The position numbers and the translations under genes are program-made. The notes beneath the pieces were generated by a model, which was not told the DNA's origin, made no database searches, and worked only from the letters and a program-made list of their open reading frames with translations. Source: Nitrosopumilus sp. (lineage in GTDB: Archaea; Thermoproteota; Nitrososphaeria; Nitrososphaerales; Nitrosopumilaceae). Taken from it: 64,000 nt of DNA. The number at the start of each line of letters is the position of its first letter. Position 1 is the stretch's first letter. Location: positions 1,504,001 to 1,568,000 of the forward strand of contig OZ244651.1 of the NCBI GenBank assembly GCA_965218695.1, given 5' to 3'. Shown piece after piece: positions 21,290-30,876 of this stretch.

Positions 21290-21412
21290 ATGTCTGAGAT
21301 TGTCTGGAAATGTTTTAGGTGCGGTCTGACGTTCAGGGCCGAGGATCTTGCCCAGGTGCACGAAAGAATCTCCAGACACCACATAACCAAGATAAAGGGG
21401 CTTGTTGCCTGA
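21290..21412 (+). CDS. Small C2H2-type zinc-finger protein (40 aa)
   Basis: WKCFRCGLTF......VH..ISRH; TATA-like TTTATAAG ~30 bp upstream. Confidence 0.65.
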   Translation: MSEIVWKCFRCGLTFRAEDLAQVHERISRHHITKIKGLVA

Positions 21413-21431
21413 ACACGGTTCTGTGTAAAGG

Positions 21432-21530
21432 TGCAGAGAGTGGGATTTGAACCCACGAACTCCTGAGAGAAGGGATTTCCTATTGAAGATCTTGAGTCCC
21501 TCTCGGTTGACCGGGCTTCGATATCTCTGC
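21432..21530 (-). tRNA. tRNA-Leu(CAA) with ~14-nt intron
   Basis: Reverse complement reads GCAGAGA...AGGGA-CTCAAG-[intron]-ATCCCT, long variable arm, GTGGGTTCAAATCCCAC, TCTCTGCA. Confidence 0.92.
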
Positions 21531-21733
21531 AAGAAAGATGGGGTGCAGCCGGTATTTTTTAATTGCTATTAAGGGTTGGAACCAAACGGCCAAGACGAGG
21601 ATTCATGCCCGGGCAGGAAGTGGCCTGCCATGTCTTGCGGTACAGGTATCCAAACTTGCTGGTGCTGTGTGTTGGCAATGCGTCCAACTGATGCCTCACA
21701 AAAGCTTATAATCGTATGAATAACACCCGATAC

Positions 21734-22048
21734 ATGACAGAATTCACACCGATTTCACAAGTAAAAAAGATGCGAAACGGAATCAATGCCAAAGCCACGG
21801 TGAAAAGCAAGGGAGACGCAAGGACGGTAAACCTTAGAGCCGGAGGGACAGTTGATGTCTGCGATGCGATAATATCTGACGGCGAGGGTGAAGACAACCA
21901 GATGAAACTCACGTTGTGGGGCGACGACATCAAGGCGGTAAATGTCGGCGATACCGTTGTCATTACAAACGGGTATACCAACGAGTTCAGAGGAGACGTT
22001 TCCCTGACAAAAGGAAAGTTCGGTCAGATGGATGTTAATCCTCAATAG
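21734..22048 (+). CDS. ssb: Single-stranded DNA-binding protein (single OB fold)
   Basis: V.DAIISD.....MKLTLW..DI..V.VGD.V.ITNGY..EFRG.VSL..GKFG. Confidence 0.85.
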   Translation: MTEFTPISQVKKMRNGINAKATVKSKGDARTVNLRAGGTVDVCDAIISDGEGEDNQMKLTLWGDDIKAVNVGDTVVITNGYTNEFRGDVSLTKGKFGQMDVNPQ

Positions 22049-22644
22049 TTTTTATTAGTACCTTGATTATTTTTCCAATCAACCAGTGTTATGACTACCC
22101 CGGCCACCGAGACAATCAGGCCCAGTATCAACAGGATTCCGGCATAGGCGATGGGCAGCAGAACTGTTGTTAGCGGGGAGTCAGGGTCGGAGAATGTGGA
22201 ATTTTCAGGATCCTCAGAAAACATTGCCATAACATGCACGCCCCTATCCCCAAGATTCTGGATCTCAAAGTTGAGGGTGTCGGACTGTTCGATTGCCAGC
22301 GCCTCAAACAGGACAAACTCGTTTTGGGCAAATGTGCCATAGTCATCACCAAAGATGTTGGAGACTTTAATCGACAGCCGGTCACCGGGTTGATAATCGG
22401 TTATCTGTATTCCCCACAGTAAAATCACATCAGAGGAACGCATGCTGTATGACGTATGAGCCAAATCGCCCGGATTAATCTGAATCTCGTCAGAAACCTT
22501 GTCAAATATGTCCTCATACATCAGTGAAATTGGTTGGACGCCGGGTCCGGTTATGACTGAAGACGTGATGGACATGAGAGCAAGAAGGGTGATTCCGATT
22601 ACGGCCAGACCGGCTGCAAGTATTATCGGACCTCGTCTTCGCAT
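22042..22644 (-). CDS. Membrane protein with N- and C-terminal TM helices
   Basis: Two hydrophobic segments flanking a soluble domain. Confidence 0.7.
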   Translation of the reverse strand: MRRRGPIILAAGLAVIGITLLALMSITSSVITGPGVQPISLMYEDIFDKVSDEIQINPGDLAHTSYSMRSSDVILLWGIQITDYQPGDRLSIKVSNIFGDDYGTFAQNEFVLFEALAIEQSDTLNFEIQNLGDRGVHVMAMFSEDPENSTFSDPDSPLTTVLLPIAYAGILLILGLIVSVAGVVITLVDWKNNQGTNKNY

Positions 22645-22705
22645 TACAAAGCAGACATGACCGACCCACATTAATGTTATAGATGCTCAACAGGCACAGA
22701 CATGG

Positions 22706-23905
22706 TTATTTTTTCTTGCCAGGTTTGGTTTTGGCCGGTTTAGATGCAAGAGTCGGTTTGGCAGATTTTTTGGATTTTGCCTTTGCGGTTTTTTTGGCCG
22801 GTTTGGGTTCTGGCTTGTCATGAGTTTTTGCAGGTATTTTGGGCTTAGGAGTCTGCTTGGGCGGATTTTTAATTTTTTTGGATTTTACCGTCTTTTTTAC
22901 GGTTTTTTTGGCGGATTTAGGTGCGGGTGGCTTTTTGGGCTTGGCGGATTTAGGTGCGGGTGGCTTTTTGGGCTTGGCGGATTTAGGTGCGGGTGGCTTT
23001 TTGGGCTTGGCGGATTTAGGTGCGGGTGGCTTTTTGGGCTTGGCGGATTTAGGTGCGGGTGGCTTTTTGGGCTTGGCGGATTTAGGTGCGGGTGGCTTTT
23101 TGGGCTTGGCGGATTTAGGTGCGGGTGGCTTTTTGGGCTTGGCGGATTTAGGTGCGGGTGGCTTTTTGGGCTTGGCGGATTTAGGTGCGGGTGGCTTTTT
23201 GGGCTTGGCGGATTTAGGTGCGGGTGGCTTTTTGGGTTTGGTTAGTTTCTTGGATGACGCTGCCCCGGTTTTTTTAGCGAGGGCATTCTGAAGTCTTAGC
23301 GTTTCCTGTTTCAATGCCTGTTCTGCAGATGTCACTACCCGGGCCTGCTTTTTCAGTTCTCTTGCAAGACTTCTTGCCATGCGGCGGGAATCGGTCGCGG
23401 TCTTTTCCAGGGAATTCTTCAGCTGTGCATGTTTTTGAATTTTAGAGAAGGATTTGGATTTTATTTTGGAATATTGGGCGATTTCCCGTACCACTTTTCT
23501 TGCAGTTTGTTCCCGGCTATTAATCTCAGAGACGAGATCCTGAACATGCCTGGTAAGCTGCTGCAGTCTATCGTCGGCATCCTGCTTTCCGTCAGAATCA
23601 TCAGCAGATGCCGCCTTTTGTTCAACCACAATGATCTCGTTTTTTTCCATGGACAGCCGCTGTTTGGCACCATCTACCAGCCGTCCAATACTGTCCATCT
23701 GGGAGTTTTTTTGAGCAAGAGTAGTGGAGATGTCAGATGTGTGTTCGTCTTCTACATCCATCTTCTTTTCAAGCAGTGCGATACGGGCAGACAGCCTTTT
23801 TTCGACAGAACGAATCTTATTTAGATCATTGCGGACTTTTCTCTCCAAGGCTACCGATTCCTTTGTTCTTTGATACAATTTTGCTAGTTTATCCAGGGAT
23901 GCCAT
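22706..23905 (-). CDS. Coiled-coil protein with Lys/Pro/Ala-rich repetitive C-terminal tail
   Basis: ~210-aa heptad-rich N-terminus, then (PKKPPAPKSAK)x10 and a K-rich tail. Confidence 0.8.
   Translation of the reverse strand: MASLDKLAKLYQRTKESVALERKVRNDLNKIRSVEKRLSARIALLEKKMDVEDEHTSDISTTLAQKNSQMDSIGRLVDGAKQRLSMEKNEIIVVEQKAASADDSDGKQDADDRLQQLTRHVQDLVSEINSREQTARKVVREIAQYSKIKSKSFSKIQKHAQLKNSLEKTATDSRRMARSLARELKKQARVVTSAEQALKQETLRLQNALAKKTGAASSKKLTKPKKPPAPKSAKPKKPPAPKSAKPKKPPAPKSAKPKKPPAPKSAKPKKPPAPKSAKPKKPPAPKSAKPKKPPAPKSAKPKKPPAPKSAKPKKPPAPKSAKPKKPPAPKSAKKTVKKTVKSKKIKNPPKQTPKPKIPAKTHDKPEPKPAKKTAKAKSKKSAKPTLASKPAKTKPGKKK
22909..23238. repeat. 33-bp tandem repeat x10 (coding VNTR)
   Basis: TTGGCGGATTTAGGTGCGGGTGGCTTTTTGGGC repeated head-to-tail with no spacers. 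Confidence 0.95.
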
Positions 23906-23960
23906 TCAATCTACCAACGATGCAGAGTATGACGTTGTTTATATAGTTAGACCTTATGCA

Positions 23961-25197
23961 GGGCGTTGTCCACATCTTCCTCAAAAAAGCAGCGTTACGC
24001 TTAAAGATCATTAGCGTCAGACATCCGAAAAGTTTTGGATCACCGATCCTGCCCACAATTAATGAATTCCAATAGAAAAAAGAGGAAAGCAAAGAACAGA
24101 GACAAGGAAGACAAGAAGAAATGGGTGCGCCCGAAAGGCTACAGCAAAAAATACGAGATGCGAAGGAGTGGGGAGGGGAAACGAGTGTCAATCGGAATCC
24201 TTGCCCTTACCACCATCCTGTACGAGATCTGCAAGCCCAAGTCCGACAAGGACCGGCGCATGATCTCCTACTTGATCTGCCTCATGGACAAGGAGTTTCG
24301 CGGCAACTCGTACCGGGAACACGTCTCGTACCTCGAGGCAAACCCAGGTTCACTGCACGTCTGCGGCTTAAAAGCCGTTCCGTCCAAATCGTGCCTGCAT
24401 GCGGCAGCCAAGAGGCTGGCAGAAAAGCAGAAGATTCTGATGGAAGTGATCCTGGGACAGGCAGGGAGTGACGCTCACGGTCCGCTCCTTGGGGACGCAA
24501 GCGGATTTTCCATCAACATCTACGCCGACTGGGAGGATGCCAAGAAGGGCATCATACCCAGGCGTCAGTTCGTCAAGCTGCACATACTGGTAGCCCCGCA
24601 CGGAAGGATCGCCGCATGCATGGTGACGCCCGGACTTGCCCACGACTCGCCGATATTCCGGAAGATGTTTGCCCGCACGCCAGACGGCGACGGGCACGTC
24701 ATGCTGGATTCGGCGTATGACGCGCACGCAAACTGCAAGATGATCTACGACAGCGGCAGAAAACCGGTGATCTGGCCCCGCAAGAACCACACCGCAAAGG
24801 GCTTCAATCCCAGGGCAGAGATGCTCCGCTGGTTCAGGCGGGATCGGGAAGGGTTCGAGAAGGTGTACCACCAGCGCAGTCTTGTCGAGTCCGTGTTCTC
24901 ATCCATGAAGGAGAGGTTCGGTTCCGTCGTGGCCGCAAAGACGTTTCCCATGCAGAGACTCCAGATAATCCTGCGAAGCATCTGCTACAACCTGATAGCA
25001 TAGGGGTCCCGGTAGGGGCAGAATGCCGGTTTCCGGTTCCAGCGGATGCCATGCACCACTAGATGAAAACGGCTCAAAAACGACCAACCGCAAGCCTGCC
25101 GACACCAGAAACCCCTTCAGAGTCCAGGTTTGGGATGCCAAAATGAACCAAAAATAGTGTGAAATAGAGCAGGATTATCAAAAGGTGGACAACGCCC
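23961..25197 (+). mobile_element. IS5-family (ISH1-like) insertion sequence
   Basis: TIR GGGCGTTGTCCAC / GTGGACAACGCCC; 8-bp TSD CTTATGCA at 23953-23960 and 25198-25205. Confidence 0.9.
24062..25003 (+). CDS. IS5-like DDE transposase
   Basis: GDASGFS, FVKLH, LDSAYD and YHQRSLVESVFSSMK motifs. Confidence 0.88.
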   Translation: MNSNRKKRKAKNRDKEDKKKWVRPKGYSKKYEMRRSGEGKRVSIGILALTTILYEICKPKSDKDRRMISYLICLMDKEFRGNSYREHVSYLEANPGSLHVCGLKAVPSKSCLHAAAKRLAEKQKILMEVILGQAGSDAHGPLLGDASGFSINIYADWEDAKKGIIPRRQFVKLHILVAPHGRIAACMVTPGLAHDSPIFRKMFARTPDGDGHVMLDSAYDAHANCKMIYDSGRKPVIWPRKNHTAKGFNPRAEMLRWFRRDREGFEKVYHQRSLVESVFSSMKERFGSVVAAKTFPMQRLQIILRSICYNLIA

Positions 25198-25613
25198 CTT
25201 ATGCAGGATGCAACTGGTTAGGTTCACGACTGGATTTTGAGATCAACAGACAGCGAACCTAACCTTTTACATGCAGGATCGGTGCGCAGACACGCGCCTT
25301 TCTGCATTGAGCAAACACCGACTAGTCGTACTGCCCCGCCAGGGGGTTCTTCCATCATCGCTTCACATGCGCCCAGTCTGGCTCGCGTGCTGGACGTATT
25401 TGCCGTACATCCCGTCGCCTTTCAGCGTGCGGTATAGTGCATTCTGGAACTCCTTGCGCGTGCGCAGACCCATCTTGTGACTAAGCCGTACTGTCTCGTT
25501 TACGATCGAACGGAACTCGGCAAACATGTGGCTGAATTCTGCACTGAGCGTGGAGTGGACCCCTGTCTTTAGGATCGTTTTTTGCAACATTTTCTGCACA
25601 TTCTTTGCCCTCA

Positions 25614-26456
25614 TTATCTGTTTGCTACCTCCTTTGGATTTATCGCCTCCCAGCGTTGGGCAAATTCGTCTGGCGGCACGTATCCCAGGGCAGAGTGTAT
25701 CCTGTGCCTGTTGTAGTCGGCAAGCGCATCAAACAGGGCCACCTCGGCCTGTCCTGCATCCTTGAACTCGAGCGGCCAGATGTATTCTTTTTTGAGCGTC
25801 TTGTGGAACGACTCTATGTGGCCGTTCTGTTGCGGCGTGTTGACGTAGATGTACTCCAGCCTGGCGCCAAGCACGTCAATGGATTTCCTAAAGTCCCTGC
25901 TGGTGTACTGGGAACCGTTGTCAACCCTTATGGTCAGCTTGGAGGGATCCAAGTCGTGTGCTGCCACGGCGTTGGTGATTGACATGATGGCTGCATGCCG
26001 GGTGGCACGCGTGTCAAAGGCGAATCCCAACCACTGTCTGGTAAAGACGTCAAGGACGTTGAAGGAATAGCACCACCCGTCCCGTCCGCACCATATGTAT
26101 GACATGTCTGCCTCCCAGAACCGGCCGGGTTCGGTCGGCCTGGGCAGTCTCTTGTTTGAGCGGATTATCTCCGACTTGCGCATTTGGGGCACGGTCCATC
26201 CCAGTTTTCGGTATATTCGGGACACCTTTTTGCGGTTTACCGGAATTCCAGACTGTCTAGAAATCTGGGCTGCCATCCTGCGCGTCCCATACGTGGGTCT
26301 TGCACGGGCAATCTCCATGATCTCAGATTTCATGGCATCGTCGATTGCCACGACCCTTGGCTTTTTGGAATAATACCATGCAGTCCGGGACACGCCGCAG
26401 TATGAAAGGGATTTTGTCAGGCTGATGCTCTTGCATGCCTCCCTTGCTGCCGTCAT
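25614..26456 (-). CDS. IS3 OrfB (integrase-like DDE domain)
   Basis: YGTRRM, WEADMSYI, DNGSQY, QNGHIESFHKTLKKE, YN..RIHSALGY.PP. Confidence 0.93.
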   Translation of the reverse strand: MTAAREACKSISLTKSLSYCGVSRTAWYYSKKPRVVAIDDAMKSEIMEIARARPTYGTRRMAAQISRQSGIPVNRKKVSRIYRKLGWTVPQMRKSEIIRSNKRLPRPTEPGRFWEADMSYIWCGRDGWCYSFNVLDVFTRQWLGFAFDTRATRHAAIMSITNAVAAHDLDPSKLTIRVDNGSQYTSRDFRKSIDVLGARLEYIYVNTPQQNGHIESFHKTLKKEYIWPLEFKDAGQAEVALFDALADYNRHRIHSALGYVPPDEFAQRWEAINPKEVANR

Positions 26457-26749
26457 TCTCTGCCTCCCTCCAACGTTTTTTTTAGTGCCTCGTTGGCCAC
26501 GGCGTACTCGCCGATGATCCTCTTGAGGGTCTCTACTTCCCGGGTGTGCTTCTTGAGGGCTCTGGCCGTGCCGGATCTTGCCACGGCATCCTTGCCACCC
26601 TCCAAGAACTGTTCCTTCCACATGTACAAGGTTCTTGGGGCCAGGTTGTGCTCGCGGCACAATTCTGCAGCCTTGGTCTCCGGATTGAATGTCTGCAACA
26701 CGATGCGGATCTTTTCGTTCGTGCTCCACCTTGTCTTCTTGTCAGCCAT
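26453..26749 (-). CDS. IS3 OrfA (HTH); A8 run at ~26476-26483 is a probable -1 frameshift site
   Basis: WSTNEKIRIV...ELCREHNL.PRTLY.WK..FLEGG plus leucine zipper; overlaps orfB. Confidence 0.9.
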   Translation of the reverse strand: MADKKTRWSTNEKIRIVLQTFNPETKAAELCREHNLAPRTLYMWKEQFLEGGKDAVARSGTARALKKHTREVETLKRIIGEYAVANEALKKTLEGGRE

Positions 26750-27617
26750 GTTGTTCCCCCCTTGGCACGGCTAAAAAGTGTGCAATGCTGATCGTTCCTA
26801 TTCTAGCGGGGACCGGACCAGAGCGTGTGCGGCTGCCAGACGGACAGCACGTGGTGGACGGACATACTGTACATATACCGTATTTTACCTTAAAGATATG
26901 CAAACAGTTCGATCACGTGCAACTTCTTTTGAACCGGCCTTTGTAAAACTCCAAATTTTACTAAAACTGCAAAATCATGTTTTCTAAAAATTTGGAGATT
27001 GTGTATAAGATCTGTTATAAGTTGACTTTTCAGTTAGGAAAAATAACGGGACACGATTCACTGATATGTCTTTTGAGACTAAAATCCGTGTATCAGGGCC
27101 TATTTATGAAAAATCACAAAATTCACAACAGCGGGTTTGGGACAGGCTGCATGGCATTATGCAAATCATCCATGGGTGCCTGTCTTCTGCTAAATTTCAG
27201 GCATCCTGCACGCCTTGGACTGCAACTGGAATTGGGTTATTCCCGGGGGGGTCGTTGTCATTCCAAGCAGGTGCCCTCTGACTAGCCGGTAAAACCCACG
27301 CCGCGCACTTCACATATCATGCCCGTCATCAAAACCCCTCCGGCGCTCCCCTCAGCCAGGCTCTCCCGCCGGATCCTGCGTGTCTTTGCAGACACCACAG
27401 ATACCATCCTGCAGGTATCATCATGATGGTCAGCATCATGCACGATGATGGCAGACAGAATCCCTGTTGCCCATTCCCAGAGGTTTTACAAGCCGGATAC
27501 GGCTTCCCCGTCCGGATGTTTCCTATCTGTCAGACTGCAATCTGCCTCGCAGGCCATCCCTGTTGCGAGTACCGGCTGTTTTTGAAAGAATATTAGTCAA
27601 TGTACTCCAGCAGGATC

Positions 27618-27929
27618 ATGGATTTTCATCCAAGGGATCTCCCCATATCCAAGACATACGACATAACGGACGAAAGTGGCGTTTCCGATGCGGTAGATGA
27701 CATGGTAAGGCTGGGATTCAGAGGCAAGAATGACGGATTCAGAGTTTTGATGCCAAAGGAGTCAAAGACTGCAAAAAGAATCGGATACATGGTAACTACC
27801 GGGGTGACACACGGACTAAGAAAGAGAAACGAGATCAGGAATGTCAGATACTGGACATACCACCACGACGAGGATCATTACGCAATAGTTCTGATAAGCG
27901 GCTCTGTCCTGGAATCATTGGGTCTTTGA
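27618..27929 (+). CDS. Hypothetical protein
   Basis: 103-aa ORF with plausible composition, convergent with the PAP2 gene. Confidence 0.65.
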   Translation: MDFHPRDLPISKTYDITDESGVSDAVDDMVRLGFRGKNDGFRVLMPKESKTAKRIGYMVTTGVTHGLRKRNEIRNVRYWTYHHDEDHYAIVLISGSVLESLGL

Positions 27930-28598
27930 TCTCTCGAAGATTTTGTACAGCCTTGTCCTGTGGGCCAGCACGCCTGCCAGCATGATGCCAATGACTGCCC
28001 CGCCAATAACATCCATCGGATAGTGCTGCAGGACGTAAATTCTGCTGACAGATACCATTGCAGGGTACAGGAACATCAGGTATGCCCCGCGCGGAAACCG
28101 CTCAGACAGGGCATATCCGAGAATTATCGCAAATACCATGGATCTTGCTGCATGCCCGGACGGATACGAGGCGTTATACCCGCCCTCGCAAAACAGGGCA
28201 AACGTATCACGGCTGATATCTACAGGGAACGGCACGCCCTCAAAGTCATAGCCTGGCCGGTCCCGGTCAATGCCGCACTTGATATATCCGGTAAGAAGCG
28301 TGGATATCACTATCAGAATCATCAGGGTGATGCCTACCCTGCGGGTCTTTGGAATTATCAGCACCAGAATTCCAAACATCAGCATGTTAAAGACGTCCCC
28401 GCTCTCGGTAACGGACTGCATGATGATGTCAACTGTGGGATCCCCGACATTCTGAGAGAAAAACAGGGCCACGCTGTGATCAAAGCCGTCAGTCGCTCCA
28501 GAGTACACCGTGATGGCAAGAATCAGGGAGAGTACTGCCAATAGCACGAAGGAACGCGACCTGACTTCAAAGATCCAATCTTGCAACCAGTTACTCAT
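27915..28598 (-). CDS. PAP2-family membrane phosphatase
   Basis: K....RDRP, YPSGH and SRIYVLQHYPMDV motifs; start adjusted. Confidence 0.92.
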   Translation of the reverse strand: MSNWLQDWIFEVRSRSFVLLAVLSLILAITVYSGATDGFDHSVALFFSQNVGDPTVDIIMQSVTESGDVFNMLMFGILVLIIPKTRRVGITLMILIVISTLLTGYIKCGIDRDRPGYDFEGVPFPVDISRDTFALFCEGGYNASYPSGHAARSMVFAIILGYALSERFPRGAYLMFLYPAMVSVSRIYVLQHYPMDVIGGAVIGIMLAGVLAHRTRLYKIFERSKTQ

Positions 28599-28901
28599 CA
28601 GGCGGGTGCTGTTTTTAGTTTTTCCAATTGTTTCATGGACTTTTGGCAGTCCCGTCAGACTCCGACGGGAACATGTCAGGAATTTTTGCCTGCAGCGGAA
28701 TTTTGTAGGCACTGATGAAAGCATGTCATGTGCATGATCCCTTCTGGCCGTCACATCCTCATAATGCCGCCTCCGGAATTTGGGAGACATCACATCCGGG
28801 GCATACATGTCCAGAGCTCCCAGAGGCGGGCACATCTATCTGCAGAATTAATCATGCCCATGCACGGACAAGTCTCGGATCAGGGCGCATGCCTTTGGGA
28901 C

Positions 28902-30148
28902 CAGCTAAGCGAAAAGTGCCTCATCTGAGATCAGGTAGGCGGTTTGGACTGGCGTATGAGGAGTGATTCCAACTGCACCTTGAACGTGAGCATGGTCATG
29001 ACACTCTGCCTTTCGGTACCGTCAGAAAGCATTGCCCTGACGATTATCCATTCATTGTACAATGTTAGGGAATAGTAAAAACACAACATCCGCGATTCCA
29101 TGTCCGAAATCCGCGTCTTGGCCCTGCACTCCTCGATTTTACCGTACCCGGTCTCTATTCCCCATCTTTTGGCATAAGCCTCCGTCTTGATTGTGGGGTG
29201 GTTTGTTGCAAACCCGATGTATTTCTCTTCCGGGACATCAGGGTCTTTGGCGTTTTTTCTTTCAGTTATTATCATGGAATATTCGACGGAGCCCTGGTTG
29301 TTCTCAATCACGTTTGTTGAGATCCTTTCCCTCTTTCCTTGTGCAAAATCCTGCAGGGCTTCCACCACGTTGGGCGTGTTCCTGCACGGCATCAGGTACC
29401 TTACGCCGTTTGCCCGCAGCCTGCTTATCGTGTCGACTGAGAAGAATTCCCGGTCAAGCAGCGCCAGGCGGATCCTGATGCCCATCCCTGCCATGGTCTT
29501 GAGGACTGCATCCACGTAATCAGGCACGAATTCGAGCCTTTTGAGGTATGATGCTGCAAGGACCATGCGCATCTTGTCGTTTACGCACTGGGCTGTCATG
29601 TAACGCTCAAAATACGTGGTTCCGTTTTTGTATTTGGAACGGGTCAGCTCCCCTCCGGGTGCCCGGTCATAACGCGGTATGAGGTGCATGTCGATTGCGA
29701 TGTCCAGTCCTTCTTTTGGGAATTTGCCCAGTTTTTTGAATGTGTCAAGTTGCACTGCCACCATTTCTTCGAATGCGCGCTGAACCGTGCCCTGCTCCAT
29801 CCCCTTGATTGCCGATGCATGCCACCTGTCGGAGGGAGCGTCGCAGTGCGTGCGCTTTACCGCGTTTGCGCACCCGCCTACGGACGAATCCATGGTGGCT
29901 CCCCTCAGCATGCCGTGATTTAGATCGTCTGTTCCAAATACCGCATTGTACCTGTTTGACGTGTTGGCGCAGGCAAGCATGTTTTTCATGCCGCTTGCGA
30001 CATCTTGATATATTCTTGGATTGTTCAGTAGATCGCGGCCCTGCTTGGTTTTTTGTCTAGACAACAAAAACCATAGGGCCGTACCCTTATTGATCTGCTT
30101 GCATTCTTGTCAGATTTTGCCTAGATCAAAGCACATTTCGCTTAGCTG
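28902..30148 (-). mobile_element. ISH3-family insertion sequence (element B), no TSD
   Basis: TIR CAGCTAAGCGAAA(A/T)GTGC at both ends; flanks GGGAC and AATGT do not match. Confidence 0.87.
28931..30067 (-). CDS. ISH3/IS4-like DDE transposase
   Basis: AIDMHLIPRYD, LDREFF, YAKRWGIETGY. Confidence 0.88.
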   Translation of the reverse strand: MLSRQKTKQGRDLLNNPRIYQDVASGMKNMLACANTSNRYNAVFGTDDLNHGMLRGATMDSSVGGCANAVKRTHCDAPSDRWHASAIKGMEQGTVQRAFEEMVAVQLDTFKKLGKFPKEGLDIAIDMHLIPRYDRAPGGELTRSKYKNGTTYFERYMTAQCVNDKMRMVLAASYLKRLEFVPDYVDAVLKTMAGMGIRIRLALLDREFFSVDTISRLRANGVRYLMPCRNTPNVVEALQDFAQGKRERISTNVIENNQGSVEYSMIITERKNAKDPDVPEEKYIGFATNHPTIKTEAYAKRWGIETGYGKIEECRAKTRISDMESRMLCFYYSLTLYNEWIIVRAMLSDGTERQSVMTMLTFKVQLESLLIRQSKPPT

Positions 30149-30313
30149 AATGTGCCAGAATACTTTAAAACCATCACACAGTGGTGGGTTGATTCCAGAA
30201 TTACGGACGAGGAGTATATCAGGGCGGTAAATTATCTGGCAAACAAGCATATCATACCAACCCACTTCTCATCCGCAATTCCTATTAACTTGGTTGAAAG
30301 AATGCATGGATAG
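30149..30313 (+). pseudogene. 3' remnant of a secreted protein with the thaumarchaeal 'IP.W.K..A.WW' C-terminal repeat
   Basis: Translates NVPEYFKTITQWWVDSRITDEEYIRAVNYLANKHII..., starting exactly at the IS end with no start codon. Confidence 0.65.
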
Positions 30314-30876
30314 TTTTGCCGCAAGTACAATCTCCTGGCCTGCCAATGCGTGGATCACCGGCATTTCGGCCATCACGTGGATCATCTGATCCAGAAAATG
30401 CTCAGGTACTACCCAATGAAACATCCGCCGACAGGTAACACCGACAATATCGACACAAGAGGTAACAGAACCTGATGGAGTCGGGCCGTCTATCTTCGAG
30501 GTGGCTTTGGAAAAAACGTTGATCATGTGCGATGCCATCATAGTAATGTTCTATGGCCTCCTGGCTCTAATCCGATACCGGCGGCAGGTTCCTAATGTTT
30601 CTGAAAAGAGATCCTACAAGCATTTATGGCCATAATTGCCGTGGCTGCGCCAATGCCTGGCATGCATCTGATTGAAGGTGATATTGCCGGACACTGCCAT
30701 GACTAAAAATTACCGCTCTCCAATCATCTAAAGGAGCCGTTCACCGGAAAATGACCCCTTAATTGGTTCACACGGCTGCTAAAAATCCACATTAATGGAA
30801 CAGCAGAATATTCTGCGGATTACAGAATGCCAGACAAATAAGCATCATTTTGTATTCGCACTTGGCACCAGAATAT

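Larger units (their letters stand above)
25551..26820 (-). mobile_element. IS3-family insertion sequence
   Basis: Imperfect TIRs TGGAGTGGACCCCTG (25551) / TGGTCCGGTCCCCGC (reverse complement ending at 26820); 5-bp TSD GAGCG; orfA/orfB layout. Confidence 0.93.
25206..26865 (-). pseudogene. Internally deleted tnpB-like (IS200/IS605) remnant, interrupted by IS3
   Basis: Removing IS3 and one TSD gives MSVHHVLSVWQPHTLSAEFSHMFAEFRSIVNETVRL...ALYRTLK...YVQHA (TnpB-like N-terminus), followed by a C-terminal-like EAMMEEP in another frame and a hairpin at 25216-25264. Confidence 0.55.

Noticed and set aside
22909-23238. 33-bp repeats as a CRISPR array
   Set aside because: The units are contiguous with no spacers, lie in frame within a CDS, and no cas genes are present.
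25363-25614. 83-aa ORF MRAKNVQKML... as an independent gene
   Set aside because: It is a chimera: the first ~21 codons come from the IS3 end and the rest from the tnpB-like remnant.
26930-27260. AT-rich region with a G-run as a replication origin (ORB)
   Set aside because: Only a vague single ORB-like match, no repeated boxes and no adjacent cdc6/orc1.
27240-27370. Minus-strand GGGAGAGCCTGGCTGAG as a TPP riboswitch or SRP RNA
   Set aside because: It lacks the downstream TPP core (ACCTGAT...) and the SRP helix-8 motif, and no thiamine gene follows.
30313-30471. Possible degraded IS6 3' end (GTAACAGAACC at ~30461-30471)
   Set aside because: There is a single end-like motif with no partner TIR or readable transposase; too weak to call.
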